Position numbers and translations under genes: made by a program. Shown here piece by piece: positions 45,945-55,481 of a stretch of 57,079 nucleotides of DNA. The DNA is taken from contig CAZZBE010000004.1 of assembly GCA_964652715.1 (NCBI GenBank), positions 1-57,079 of the forward strand, read 5' to 3'. The notes under the pieces were generated by a model, which was not told the origin of the DNA, did no database searches, and saw nothing but the letters and a program-made list of their open reading frames with translations. The DNA comes from an uncultured Desulfobacteraceae bacterium. Lineage in GTDB: Bacteria; Desulfobacterota; Desulfobacteria; Desulfobacterales; JAABSP01. Every line of letters starts with the position of its first letter. Positions within the stretch are counted from its first letter, which is position 1.

Positions 45945-47753
45945 ATGGCACAAGTCATCGCAGATCGAAGAGACGTCGATTTCGTCCTCCATGAACAGTT
46001 TCAGGTCGCCGACCTGAGCCAGCACGAAAAGTTCGCGGAGTTCAACAAGAAGGTGGTGGACATGATCGTCACCGAGGCCCGGAACCTGTCCATCAAAGAG
46101 ATCCTGCCCACCCAGAAGGTCGGGGACGAGGAAGGATGCCGGTTCGAGGACGGCAAGGTGACCGTGCCCGAGCCCTTTTACCGGGCCTACGACCTCTTCG
46201 TCGAGGGGGAATGGCTGGCCATGCCCGAAGATCCGGAATGGGGCGGTCAGGGCATGCCCAAGACCGTGGCCCTGGCGGCCAGCGACTATTTCAACGGCGC
46301 CAACTACGCCTTCATGATGTACCCCGGCCTCACCCACGGCGCCGCCAAGCTGGTGGACGCCTTCGGCACGGACCTCCAGAAGAAGATGTTTCTCAAGAAC
46401 ATGTACACCGGCAAATGGACCGGCACCATGCTGCTGACCGAGCCGGAAGCCGGGTCCGACGTGGGGGCCCTCACCACCACCGCCAAAAAGAACGACGACG
46501 GCGCCTATTCTATCAACGGCGCCAAGATCTTCATCTCCTCCGGCGAGCACGACCTGGCGGAGAACATCATCCACCCGGTCCTGGCCCGAATCGAGGGCGC
46601 GCCGGAAGGCACCAAGGGGATTTCGCTGTTTCTCGTGCCCAAATACTGGGTGAACGAAGACGGGTCCATGGGCGACTTCAACGACGTGGTCTGCACCGGC
46701 ATCGAAGAGAAGATGGGGATCCACGGCAATTCCACCTGCTCCCTTTCCCTGGGCAGCAAGGGCCAGTGCAAGGGCCTTTTGCTGGGCGAGGAGAACAAGG
46801 GGATGCGGGCCATGTTCCTGATGATGAACGAAGCCCGGCTGCTGGTGGGCATGCAGGGATTCGCCTGCGCCTCGGCGTCGTATCTCAACGCCCTCAACTA
46901 CGCCCGGGAGCGGATCCAGGGCCGGAGTCTCCTCCACATGAAGGATCCCGACGCCCCGGCCGTCCCCATCATCCAGCACCCCGACGTGCGGCGGATGCTG
47001 CTGACCATGAAGGCTTACGTGGAAGGGATGCGGAGCATCCTCTATTACATGGCCTATTGCGAAGACCGCAAGGAGACCACCGACGACGCCGACGAGCAGG
47101 CGTACTGGCAGGGGCTCATCGAACTCCTCACCCCGGTGGCCAAGGGGTACGTCACCGACCGGGCCTTCGAGATGTGCAGCCTGGGCGTCCAGGTCTACGG
47201 CGGGTACGGCTACATCAAGGAATACCCCCAGGAGCAGCTCCTGCGGGACTGCCGCATCACCCAGATCTACGAAGGCACCAACGGCATCCAGGCCATGGAC
47301 CTTTTGGGCCGGAAGCTGGGCATGAACAAGGGAAAGCCGGTCATGGACCTTTTGGGCGAGATGAACAAGACCATCGCCTCGGCCAGGGAACACGGCATGG
47401 AAGAGCTGGCCGAGAAATTCCAGAAGGCCGTCAACAAGCTGGGCGAAGTGGGCATGCATATGGGCGCCATCGCCATGTCGCCCCAGATGCTCACCGCCTT
47501 TTCCTACGCCCATCCCTTCATGGAAGTGACGGGAGACGTGGTCACCGCCTGGATGCTCCTGTGGCGGGCCGCCATCGCCAAGGCCAAGCTGGGAAAAAAG
47601 AAAAAGGACGACATTTACTACGGCGGCCTGATCAAGAGCGCCGAATACTACATCAATACCATGCTGCCGGCGACCACCGGGAAGATGATCGCCATTTTGA
47701 ACGGGAATGCGGCGGCGGTGGAGATTGAAGAAGACGCGTTCGGGGGGAAATAA
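45945..47753 (+). CDS. acyl-CoA dehydrogenase (long, about 600-aa class)
   Basis: LTEPEAGSD, the IYEGTNGIQA motif and a C-terminal helical extension are present. An AAGGAG SD precedes the start. Confidence 0.92.
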   Translation: MAQVIADRRDVDFVLHEQFQVADLSQHEKFAEFNKKVVDMIVTEARNLSIKEILPTQKVGDEEGCRFEDGKVTVPEPFYRAYDLFVEGEWLAMPEDPEWGGQGMPKTVALAASDYFNGANYAFMMYPGLTHGAAKLVDAFGTDLQKKMFLKNMYTGKWTGTMLLTEPEAGSDVGALTTTAKKNDDGAYSINGAKIFISSGEHDLAENIIHPVLARIEGAPEGTKGISLFLVPKYWVNEDGSMGDFNDVVCTGIEEKMGIHGNSTCSLSLGSKGQCKGLLLGEENKGMRAMFLMMNEARLLVGMQGFACASASYLNALNYARERIQGRSLLHMKDPDAPAVPIIQHPDVRRMLLTMKAYVEGMRSILYYMAYCEDRKETTDDADEQAYWQGLIELLTPVAKGYVTDRAFEMCSLGVQVYGGYGYIKEYPQEQLLRDCRITQIYEGTNGIQAMDLLGRKLGMNKGKPVMDLLGEMNKTIASAREHGMEELAEKFQKAVNKLGEVGMHMGAIAMSPQMLTAFSYAHPFMEVTGDVVTAWMLLWRAAIAKAKLGKKKKDDIYYGGLIKSAEYYINTMLPATTGKMIAILNGNAAAVEIEEDAFGGK

Positions 47754-47796
47754 AGCCCAGCTCCTTCCCCCATCGTTCCGAGACTTCCCCTACCCT

Positions 47797-47832
47797 GCCC
47801 CCCTCTTTCTTTTTTGGAATGAAGAGGGGGGC
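47797..47832 (+). terminator. hairpin GCCCCCCTCTT...AAGAGGGGGGC followed by TTTAT
   Basis: 11-bp perfect stem and 14-nt loop, directly after the acyl-CoA dehydrogenase. Confidence 0.6.
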
Positions 47833-47837
47833 TTTAT

Positions 47838-48199
47838 CTATCCAGGCGCCTCCGCCAACCACCCCGCCAGTTCTCCCGCCTTAATGAACGACACATGGGT
47901 TTTTCCCAACTGATCTTGCCCGGACAGGTCCCTGTTGAGAACAGCGAATCTTTCCGGCGCATAAGCGTCGATGAAACTCCTCGACGATCGGCTGACCTTC
48001 GGCGCCCGGAGCGGGCCGGTTTCGACCTCCAGTCCTGCGAGACCGCTGGCGGTTTCAATGACGAAATCCACTGCCGCCTTGCCCTTGCTGCGCCATAATT
48101 TCACATCGGCTTGAAATGGCATGGCTTGGGGATTTCAGTGAAAGCCCAGTTTTCGGTTAACGACCCGGCGTCCTGGCGGGTGGTCAGATCGTAAATATA
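47838..48199 (-). pseudogene. truncated, frameshifted remnant of a DUF4143-type (AAA+ associated) gene
   Basis: The C-terminal piece KLWRSKGKAAVDFVIE...GLEVE is in one frame. The upstream piece YIYDLTTRQDAGSLTENWAFTEIPK is in a different frame, with the shift near 48115-48125. No room is left for the N-terminal ATPase. Confidence 0.5.
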
Positions 48200-48209
48200 T
48201 ACAGAAAAG

Positions 48210-48995
48210 TCATTCGCTGCGCCAGTCTTTAAGCCCGTATTTCTTCAAAATATCCGCCAGTTGCCCCGACTTCCTCAGCTCTCGAATGCCGCGGCTCAAC
48301 TGCTTGGCGTAACGGAGAGAATCTGGATTGTTCGGCGCAAAAGCGATGTAGATGAAATTGGGCTCGCCGGTTTCCCCATCGCTGCCTGCGAATTCCAACC
48401 GGTCCATCACACCCATCTCGGAGGCGGTATTTCGAAAGACTGCCTCGGTTTCCAGCACCACATCGACTCTACCCTTCAGCAACATCTTAATATTCAACTC
48501 AAGCGCGTTTTCCCCAGCCGTTGTTATTACGCGTGGTGTGTTGCGATGGGTTTCAATATAATCGTCAAGTCGGCCGTACCCATAGTCCTGAATCACGGCC
48601 AGCGCGACATCATCCAGAGATTTGTCCCCCGCGTACCGCCACCCGAACCCTCTGCGAATAAAAAAGGCCCCGCCGGCATATCCGGTTTCAATGTCCGGAA
48701 ATACTAAATCGGGCGTCTCGGATTTCGACGCTCCGATGATGCCGTGAATCCTGCCTGCACGCGCCAACATGATTGACCTGGACCAATTGGTAGTCTCGTA
48801 ATCGATCATATGACCAAGCGGACGAAAAATTGACTGTGCAATCTCGACCATGTATCCCGGTTTTTCGGCGCCGGGTTGGCAGTTGTACGGGCACCATTCA
48901 TCAGCGTGCAGTGAAATGGTCTCGGAAAAAACGGCTGCCGGACACCAAACAACAATGAAAAGCAGGGCGAATACAAACCACACGTTTTTTATCAT
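48210..48995 (-). CDS. periplasmic solute-binding protein (family 3, amino-acid-type SBP fold)
   Basis: A signal peptide is present, with the bilobal SBP pattern ([11 protein letters not shown]..., [21 protein letters not shown]). Its start overlaps the MCP stop (ATGA). Confidence 0.82.
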   Translation of the reverse strand: MIKNVWFVFALLFIVVWCPAAVFSETISLHADEWCPYNCQPGAEKPGYMVEIAQSIFRPLGHMIDYETTNWSRSIMLARAGRIHGIIGASKSETPDLVFPDIETGYAGGAFFIRRGFGWRYAGDKSLDDVALAVIQDYGYGRLDDYIETHRNTPRVITTAGENALELNIKMLLKGRVDVVLETEAVFRNTASEMGVMDRLEFAGSDGETGEPNFIYIAFAPNNPDSLRYAKQLSRGIRELRKSGQLADILKKYGLKDWRSE

Positions 48996-50593
48996 CTATC
49001 CTCTCCTTTTATTTCAGTCGGCTCATACCGCTCACTATGAGAAATCGCTTGAAAGGGCATCAAGGCATTTTCTCTTCCGTTTCGTCTGCCATTTCCGTGG
49101 ATGATGACCGATAAATGGTAAATGATGGTGTTCAACGCCGAAACCTGCTCATTCAAGGCAACTGACGCCTCGGATGATTCATCCGCGATGGCTGCGACCT
49201 GTTGCGCCATCCGGTCAATATCGCCAGCCGTCGAACTGACGGCGCTGATCACCGAGGACTGTTCTTTGCTTGACTGGGTTATCGCGTCGGATTTCTCCCC
49301 GATGATGGAAGACGATTCAACAATCCCTTCGAAATCCCGATTCATCCGGTTGATCGAACCAACCGCCTCGCCCACCTGACGAATGGTTTCGCTCAAAAGC
49401 GCCTGCGTATTCCTGGATGCGTCAGCCGCCCTTTTGGCAAGTTGGCGAACCTCTTCAGCAACCACCGTGAACCCGTTGCCCGATTCACCGGCCCTGGCCG
49501 CCTCCACGGCCGCGTTCAAAGCCAGAAGATTCGTTTGAAATGCAATGTCGTCTACGCTCGACATGATTTGTTCCATTTTCTGGCTGTCGCGCTCAATCCG
49601 CGTCATTCGTTTTGACAAATCCACGAGCGCCGCGAGGGATTGCGCCGACTTATCCAGGTTTTCATTCATCAGCGCTTCAGCGCCGGCGGTCAGTTGATAT
49701 GACTGAGCGCTGCTGGCGGCGATCTCCTCAAGGGAAGCCGATGTTTCCTGAACCGCGCCGGCCTGGCGGGCGGCATTTTCAGCCAATATGGCACTTCGCT
49801 CTCCCATCCTGACCCCGGCTTCGCATAGTGTCTTCGCCCCCCTGCGAAGCTCGCCGATGATGCGTTTCAGCGGCCTTATGGCAAAAACCCGCAGGCAGAC
49901 AATGTTCGTGATCACGAGGGCTGCAACGATAAGACCGACTGCGCCAATTTGGTTGATCGTTTCTTTATAGATTCGACGGCTGACGTTCTCTCTAAGCTCA
50001 TGGATTTCTGCTTCTGTCTTAGCCCTGTCCTTCTGCAATCTCTGTGTGAATTTTTCGTCTGAATAATAGATGCGAATGGCGCCCATGAATTGGTCTCTAT
50101 AACGGGCATCGGATTTAAAGGACAATTTTTCGTCAAAGATCTTGGAGTGTGGCATCACTTTGCCTGTTCTGACATCATCCTCTTTCCACAAGGCGCAAAA
50201 TGGTTTTTCCATATCATCTGTTGCTTCGATCCCTTTGATCTGATCCATTTCCATCAATGGCCTCAACGCTGTTGTTAAACCATCTGCGTCCAGATTAAAT
50301 AGAAACGGTGCGGACATGTCGGCTGCGACCCGATTTTGCACAGTGAGCATCCGGGCAAGCATCGCGCGTCTTTCTTGATTCTGGTCTTCGATGATAGCAT
50401 TGGCCTTTTTCATGTAGGCGTCCATAATCAGTGCAACCAACGCAGACTGATGATGATAGAGTATGAAACACGCCCCCACCAAAATCAACAGCGTCACCAA
50501 GGCGCTGAAAAACGTTGTGAGGGCGGCTACCCCATATCGGCGGGCGATGCTGCTCTTGGATTTCATCATATTTCCTCTGAATATTTCAAGCAT
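48992..50593 (-). CDS. methyl-accepting chemotaxis protein
   Basis: Two TM segments flank a sensor region of about 190 aa. A HAMP domain follows, and the highly conserved signalling hairpin is [37 protein letters not shown]. Confidence 0.93.
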   Translation of the reverse strand: MLEIFRGNMMKSKSSIARRYGVAALTTFFSALVTLLILVGACFILYHHQSALVALIMDAYMKKANAIIEDQNQERRAMLARMLTVQNRVAADMSAPFLFNLDADGLTTALRPLMEMDQIKGIEATDDMEKPFCALWKEDDVRTGKVMPHSKIFDEKLSFKSDARYRDQFMGAIRIYYSDEKFTQRLQKDRAKTEAEIHELRENVSRRIYKETINQIGAVGLIVAALVITNIVCLRVFAIRPLKRIIGELRRGAKTLCEAGVRMGERSAILAENAARQAGAVQETSASLEEIAASSAQSYQLTAGAEALMNENLDKSAQSLAALVDLSKRMTRIERDSQKMEQIMSSVDDIAFQTNLLALNAAVEAARAGESGNGFTVVAEEVRQLAKRAADASRNTQALLSETIRQVGEAVGSINRMNRDFEGIVESSSIIGEKSDAITQSSKEQSSVISAVSSTAGDIDRMAQQVAAIADESSEASVALNEQVSALNTIIYHLSVIIHGNGRRNGRENALMPFQAISHSERYEPTEIKGEDR

Positions 50594-51033
50594 GTCTCAC
50601 TGCCGTCGAAGATGGAAAGGCTATCATCATGGCGAATCGAGATCAATGAATTTTAGATGCTTAACGAAAATCTAACATTTCTTAATACAGGACCTTTACA
50701 CTCTTTGGAAAAATGGACATGCCGATTCTTTTGATTTCAACGAGTTATGACAAAAAGCGATGTCCATTTTTATTTATCGTAAAATCAAATTGTTACGCCA
50801 ATAATTGCCAAAAGATGTCAGGGTCCTGTAATAGAAATTTGAAAGTTGAAATTTCATATTGTTCAAAATGATATAGACCTCTTTTGACTTGACGCTCTAC
50901 CCCTGATTGGGCATAGTTTCCACCTGAACGATTCGAGGCGTGTTCTGGGCAAGGTATGACGAATTGCACGGTTAAATGGGAATTCTCTTTTCTCTAAACC
51001 GATATCGACGCTTGAGCTTCTGCTGTCGTGGGC

Positions 51034-53355
51034 TTAGCTCGTGAGAATAGACGTTTTGGGATGGTCGTCGTCCCCCAACGGCCGCCGCCGGTCGCACACA
51101 TAGGCGTTCCCTTCTTTCGACTTGGCGTATTTTTTGACTTCCGCCACCCGGCAACTCAGCTCTTCCATGCTGAAGGGCGACTGGAACCGGCAGGAGACCA
51201 CGCCGATGGACAGGGATGCGAGGGGGTACCGCCGTTTGACGCCGTCCCGGCCGGTCCCGAAAATGCAGCCGGCCTCGCGAACTTCCTCTGAATACAGGTC
51301 GCCGACCCCCCCGGCGAATCGGTTCAGGATCTCCTCGCAAAGGGTCGCCGCCTCGACTTTGCCGGTGATGACCACGAAGTCGTCGCCGCCCACGTGGCCC
51401 ACGAAATCGCCGGCAATGCCCGCGGCTTCCGCGGCCGCCCTCAGCACAGTCGCCGTGAACAGGATCATCCGGTCGCCGTTTTCGAACCCGAACACATCGT
51501 TGTAGACCTTGAAATTGTCGATATCGACATAGAGAAAACTCGACGGGCGTTTTTCCTCGGCCCGGCGGTTGATCTCCTGTTCAATGGCCACGTTTCCCGG
51601 CAGGCCGGTCAGGGGGTTGGCGCCTTTGGCCATCTCCACCTGGACTTTGGCCAGGGTGTCGAGCATTTTCTGAACGGAAATCGTCCCCTGGACCCGCCCC
51701 TTTTCCACGACGACGATGTCGTCGTAGATCTTTTCATCCGTCCGGTTCATGGCCGCCTTGGCGGCTTCTTCCACCGGCGTGGCGTTTTCGACCACCAGCG
51801 GGGCCGTGTCCATCAGCCGCGCCACCTCCCGGCCGTAGTAGAGGGCGACGCCGTACCGGGTGCTCAGTTTCCGGTCGAGGTTGTAATTCATCAGCAACCC
51901 GGCCGGGCGGCCCTTGCCGTCGACCACCACCACGCTGCTCATGGGCGGCTTGTCGGCCAGCAGGTTTTTGACGTCCTGGATGCGGTCGTCGGGGTGAACC
52001 TGGAGGGCGTCCTGCACCAGATGCGTGATGGGGGCCATGCATTTGATATCTCCCGCGGCGGCTTCATTGGCCGAGATTCTGGGCGGCAATTGAATGGGTT
52101 TTTCGGACTTCGGGCGGGCCGGACGACCCAGACAGTACCCCTGGCCGCAGTGGACCCCAAGGGAGGTCAGACACGACAGTTCGGTGTCGGTTTCAATGCC
52201 CACGGCGATGACCTTCGAACCGATCTTTTCCGACAGAGTCGCGAAGCTCTCCACCATGATGCGTTTGATGGGGTTGTAATCGATGCCCCGGGTCAGGGTG
52301 AGATCGGTTTTGATAAAATCGGGCTTGAGGTAGGACAGATAACGGATGCTCGAATGACCGCCCCCCACATCGTCCACGGCGATCCGGAACCCCTGGCGCC
52401 GATAGTGGTCCAGGCTTTCCATGAGAAGGTTGAAATCCCGGACTCCCTGGCCGATGCCGAATTCCAGGACGATGTCCTCGGGCCGGAGACCGGCCGAACG
52501 AGCGAGATTCCGGGTGGCGCCCGGCGTGAATTCGGGGTCATTGAGGGTTTGAAGGTGGATATTGATGAAAAGGGACTGGCCGTCGGCCATCGGGCCCAGG
52601 TTCCCGAAGGCCAGCCGGCGGCACGCGTGCTCCAGCGCGAACACCTTGCCCACTTCTTCTGCGTAGGCGAACAAAGTGGGGGCGGCGTGGAACCGGCTGC
52701 CTTCGGGTCCCCGGACGAACGCTTCCCACCCCAAAACGGCCCCCGTTTCGAAATTAACGATGGGCTGGTAACGAATATCCAGGTTTTGATGTTCGAGAAT
52801 CCCGACGAAATCGCGGTGGAGACCGGGGTCGCGGGCATCTGGCTGTCGCCCCGCCATTCGCTGGGCGTCGCAGAACGCCTTGAAGATGGTCCGGTAAAAC
52901 CCGTTTTTCCGCTCCCTGCCGATCCAGGCGTGCCCGACCCGAAGGTCGAACATCCCGTTTCCTGTAAGATCGGCGCGTGCGGCCACAGCGTCGCGAAGAT
53001 GGAGGCGAAAGCACAGGGCGGTTGCCGCAAGATCTTCGACGCGGCCTTCCGACAGGACGAAAAAAAGGGTGAATTCGTTGACTTTCACCCGCTCCTGGCA
53101 AATCATCCGGCTCCCTTCGAAAACCGCTTCGAACGACGGGATAACGGCCTCCCGGACCGCCTCCATCAATCGCAGTCCGGTTTCTTCGCTGCTGATCCCC
53201 ACCAGGGTATAGAAATCGGCGATCTCGATGCAGAGCACCCCGATGTCGGACCGGCCGACGGCGTCTTCGAGCCGCGGCAGATTCCGTTGCGTGATCATCC
53301 GAACGACGTATTCCGAAAAGAATTCGGGCTGGTGGTTTTTGGTATCGACATTCAT
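51034..53355 (-). CDS. degenerate GGDEF-like, EAL (variant), CBS pair, GGDEF (GGDDF) multidomain c-di-GMP protein
   Basis: The EAL-type region reads QPIVNFETGAVLGWEAFVRG, DDVGGGHSS, IAVGIETD and GQGYCLGRP. A CBS pair is present. The C-terminal domain has NPLTGLPGN and HVGGDDFVVI. Confidence 0.87.
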   Translation of the reverse strand: MNVDTKNHQPEFFSEYVVRMITQRNLPRLEDAVGRSDIGVLCIEIADFYTLVGISSEETGLRLMEAVREAVIPSFEAVFEGSRMICQERVKVNEFTLFFVLSEGRVEDLAATALCFRLHLRDAVAARADLTGNGMFDLRVGHAWIGRERKNGFYRTIFKAFCDAQRMAGRQPDARDPGLHRDFVGILEHQNLDIRYQPIVNFETGAVLGWEAFVRGPEGSRFHAAPTLFAYAEEVGKVFALEHACRRLAFGNLGPMADGQSLFINIHLQTLNDPEFTPGATRNLARSAGLRPEDIVLEFGIGQGVRDFNLLMESLDHYRRQGFRIAVDDVGGGHSSIRYLSYLKPDFIKTDLTLTRGIDYNPIKRIMVESFATLSEKIGSKVIAVGIETDTELSCLTSLGVHCGQGYCLGRPARPKSEKPIQLPPRISANEAAAGDIKCMAPITHLVQDALQVHPDDRIQDVKNLLADKPPMSSVVVVDGKGRPAGLLMNYNLDRKLSTRYGVALYYGREVARLMDTAPLVVENATPVEEAAKAAMNRTDEKIYDDIVVVEKGRVQGTISVQKMLDTLAKVQVEMAKGANPLTGLPGNVAIEQEINRRAEEKRPSSFLYVDIDNFKVYNDVFGFENGDRMILFTATVLRAAAEAAGIAGDFVGHVGGDDFVVITGKVEAATLCEEILNRFAGGVGDLYSEEVREAGCIFGTGRDGVKRRYPLASLSIGVVSCRFQSPFSMEELSCRVAEVKKYAKSKEGNAYVCDRRRPLGDDDHPKTSILTS

Positions 53356-53364
53356 CTTTTCCCC

Positions 53365-55443
53365 CTACTCGTCTCCCTGCGCGAGGAATGACAAATCCGG
53401 CCTGTAAATCGGGAGATCCGTCGCCGGAATAGGCCGTGAAAAATAAAACCCCTGCCCATAGGGACATTTCACCTCCCTGAGACGCCGGAGCTGCTGTCGG
53501 GTTTCGATGCCTTCCGCAATGACGTTCATCCCGAGATGGGCGGACAACGACATGATGGTCTCGATGATCTTGGCGTGTTTGTCGTCGCCGGATCGGACCT
53601 CCTGGAGAAAAGACCGGTCGATTTTCAAGGTGTCGAAGGGGAAGCGGTGAAGATAACTCAGGGAAGAGTACCCGGTGCCGAAGTCGTCGATGGCCAGCCG
53701 CACCCCAAGATCCTTGACGCGGTTTAAAAGGGGGAGGAGCCGTTCGCTGTCCGTCATCATGATGCTCTCGGTCACCTCCAGCTTCACCCATTCCGGCGGG
53801 CAGCCGGTTTCCCTGAGCACGGCGTCGATTTCGCCGGGCATGCGGCCCCACAGCAGCTGTTTTACGGAAACATTGATCCCCAGAATGAAAGGCCGCTCCG
53901 CCAGGCGCGGTTGGAACATCCCGACAACCTGGCGGCAGGCCTGGCGCAGGACCCAGTTCCCTATGGGCGCGATCAGGCCCGTTTCTTCCGCCAGCGGCAG
54001 GAACTCGCAAGGGGCGAGAAGTCCCCGCCGGGGATGACGCCACCGTATCAGGGCTTCAACGCCGGCGACCGCGCCGTTTCTCAGGTCCACGATGGGCTGG
54101 TAGAGCAGCACGAATTCGTTTCGGCTTAGGGCTTTTCTCAGATCCGTCTCCAGACGCATTATGGCCACGGTGCGCTCGTGCATGTTTCCCTGGAAGACGC
54201 AGTACCCGGAATCCTTGTCGTCCTTGGCCTGGTACATGGCGGTTTCCGCGTCGCGGATGATGTTTTCGGCGGTCCGATATTGGGGACCGCCGCAGGCGAT
54301 GCCGATGCTGGCCGACAGGAACACTTCGCGCCCATCAATGACCACTTGACGGTTCAGGTCCGAGCGGATGCGCTCCGCGACCCGCAGGGCGTGCCGGTCG
54401 TCTTCGACCTCGTCCAACAGGACCACGAATTCGTCCCTGCCATACCGGGCGACGGTGTCCACCGACCGCAGGTGGCGCTTTAACCGGCCGCCGACCCATC
54501 GCAGCACGTTGTCGCCCGCGGCCCGTCCCATGCTCTCGTTGATTTTCCGGAACCGGTCGAGGTCCACGAACAGCAGGCAGAACCGGTAATCCGGCCGTCG
54601 GTTCATCCGCTGGATGGCGTGACGGCACCGGTCGAAAAGCAGTGTCCGATTGGGCAGTTCGGTGAGGGCGTCGACGACGATTCGGCGCTGGAGCCGCGCT
54701 TCCATTAGCTTTCGGTCGGTCACGTCGCGCCCATTGACGACGATCCCGCCGACGGCCGGATCATCCAGGAGATGGGTGGCCCAGGCCTCCATGTGAATCC
54801 ACCGTTTGTCCGTATGGCTGATCCGCACCTCGAACAGCGGCGCATCCGGAGGGGATGCCCCCAGCGAGGCGAGGACGCCCCCCAGAACCGCCTCGTCGTC
54901 CGGATGGAGGAACGCCGCCAGCCGCTTGTCCAGGTACTGCCGCGGCGGACGCCCGGTCAACCGCTCCACGGAAGGGCTCATGAACCGAACCACGCCCTCC
55001 CCATCGATGAGCGCAATGACGTCGGAGGATTTTTCGATGAGGGACTGGAAATAGCGTTCCCGGTCCTTGGTGTGGGTGATGTCCGTCAACACCGCGAGCA
55101 CGGTCTCGTCGGTCAGGGGCGACACGACGCAGTCGAACCAGATCGCTTCCGGCCCGGGGAGGCTCAGTTCCAATTGTTCGGCGCATCGATCCAGCAGCAC
55201 GCGGCCGATCAGCCGTTCATAATCGGCGGCCTTATCGCCGGGAACAATCTCCCGGAGGGATTTGCCCTTCAGCGTCTCCGGGGAATGGCGCCTGAATTCG
55301 TATCGCGTCGGGATGATGGACAGGATGCGGCCGTCAACGCCGACTTCAAGAACGAGGCTGGTCATTGAGGAGAGGATGGTTTCAAAACGGGCATCGGCCG
55401 TTGATACGCCGGAAAGACCGTTGTCTGTTGCCAGTGCGCGCAT
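53365..55443 (-). CDS. PAS-PAS-GGDEF(degenerate GRDEF)-EAL protein, predicted c-di-GMP phosphodiesterase
   Basis: The GGDEF position reads ARYGRDEFVVLL. The EAL motifs are intact (VEALIRW, KLEVTES, DDFGTGYSSLSYL, KIDRSF, IAEGIET, GQGFYFSRP). Confidence 0.9.
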   Translation of the reverse strand: MRALATDNGLSGVSTADARFETILSSMTSLVLEVGVDGRILSIIPTRYEFRRHSPETLKGKSLREIVPGDKAADYERLIGRVLLDRCAEQLELSLPGPEAIWFDCVVSPLTDETVLAVLTDITHTKDRERYFQSLIEKSSDVIALIDGEGVVRFMSPSVERLTGRPPRQYLDKRLAAFLHPDDEAVLGGVLASLGASPPDAPLFEVRISHTDKRWIHMEAWATHLLDDPAVGGIVVNGRDVTDRKLMEARLQRRIVVDALTELPNRTLLFDRCRHAIQRMNRRPDYRFCLLFVDLDRFRKINESMGRAAGDNVLRWVGGRLKRHLRSVDTVARYGRDEFVVLLDEVEDDRHALRVAERIRSDLNRQVVIDGREVFLSASIGIACGGPQYRTAENIIRDAETAMYQAKDDKDSGYCVFQGNMHERTVAIMRLETDLRKALSRNEFVLLYQPIVDLRNGAVAGVEALIRWRHPRRGLLAPCEFLPLAEETGLIAPIGNWVLRQACRQVVGMFQPRLAERPFILGINVSVKQLLWGRMPGEIDAVLRETGCPPEWVKLEVTESIMMTDSERLLPLLNRVKDLGVRLAIDDFGTGYSSLSYLHRFPFDTLKIDRSFLQEVRSGDDKHAKIIETIMSLSAHLGMNVIAEGIETRQQLRRLREVKCPYGQGFYFSRPIPATDLPIYRPDLSFLAQGDE

Positions 55444-55481
55444 TATTTCGAAGTATAGAGCATTTGTTTGTTAACGTAGCG

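Noticed and set aside
50870-50883. Exact 14-mer GATATAGACCTCTT shared with 56868-56881. Both copies lie about 250 nt upstream of minus-strand genes (the MCP and the FecR-like gene).
   Set aside because: By a rough estimate, several chance 14-mer matches are expected in a 57-kb window counted on both strands. The flanks do not align. This is not enough to call a motif.
50889-50917. Plus-strand promoter-like TTGACG-N17-CATAGT pointing toward the 3' end of the minus-strand GGDEF/EAL gene, suggesting a possible sRNA or antisense RNA.
   Set aside because: The call rests on hexamer resemblance alone. No terminator or conserved structure is visible downstream, so an RNA gene cannot be supported from sequence.
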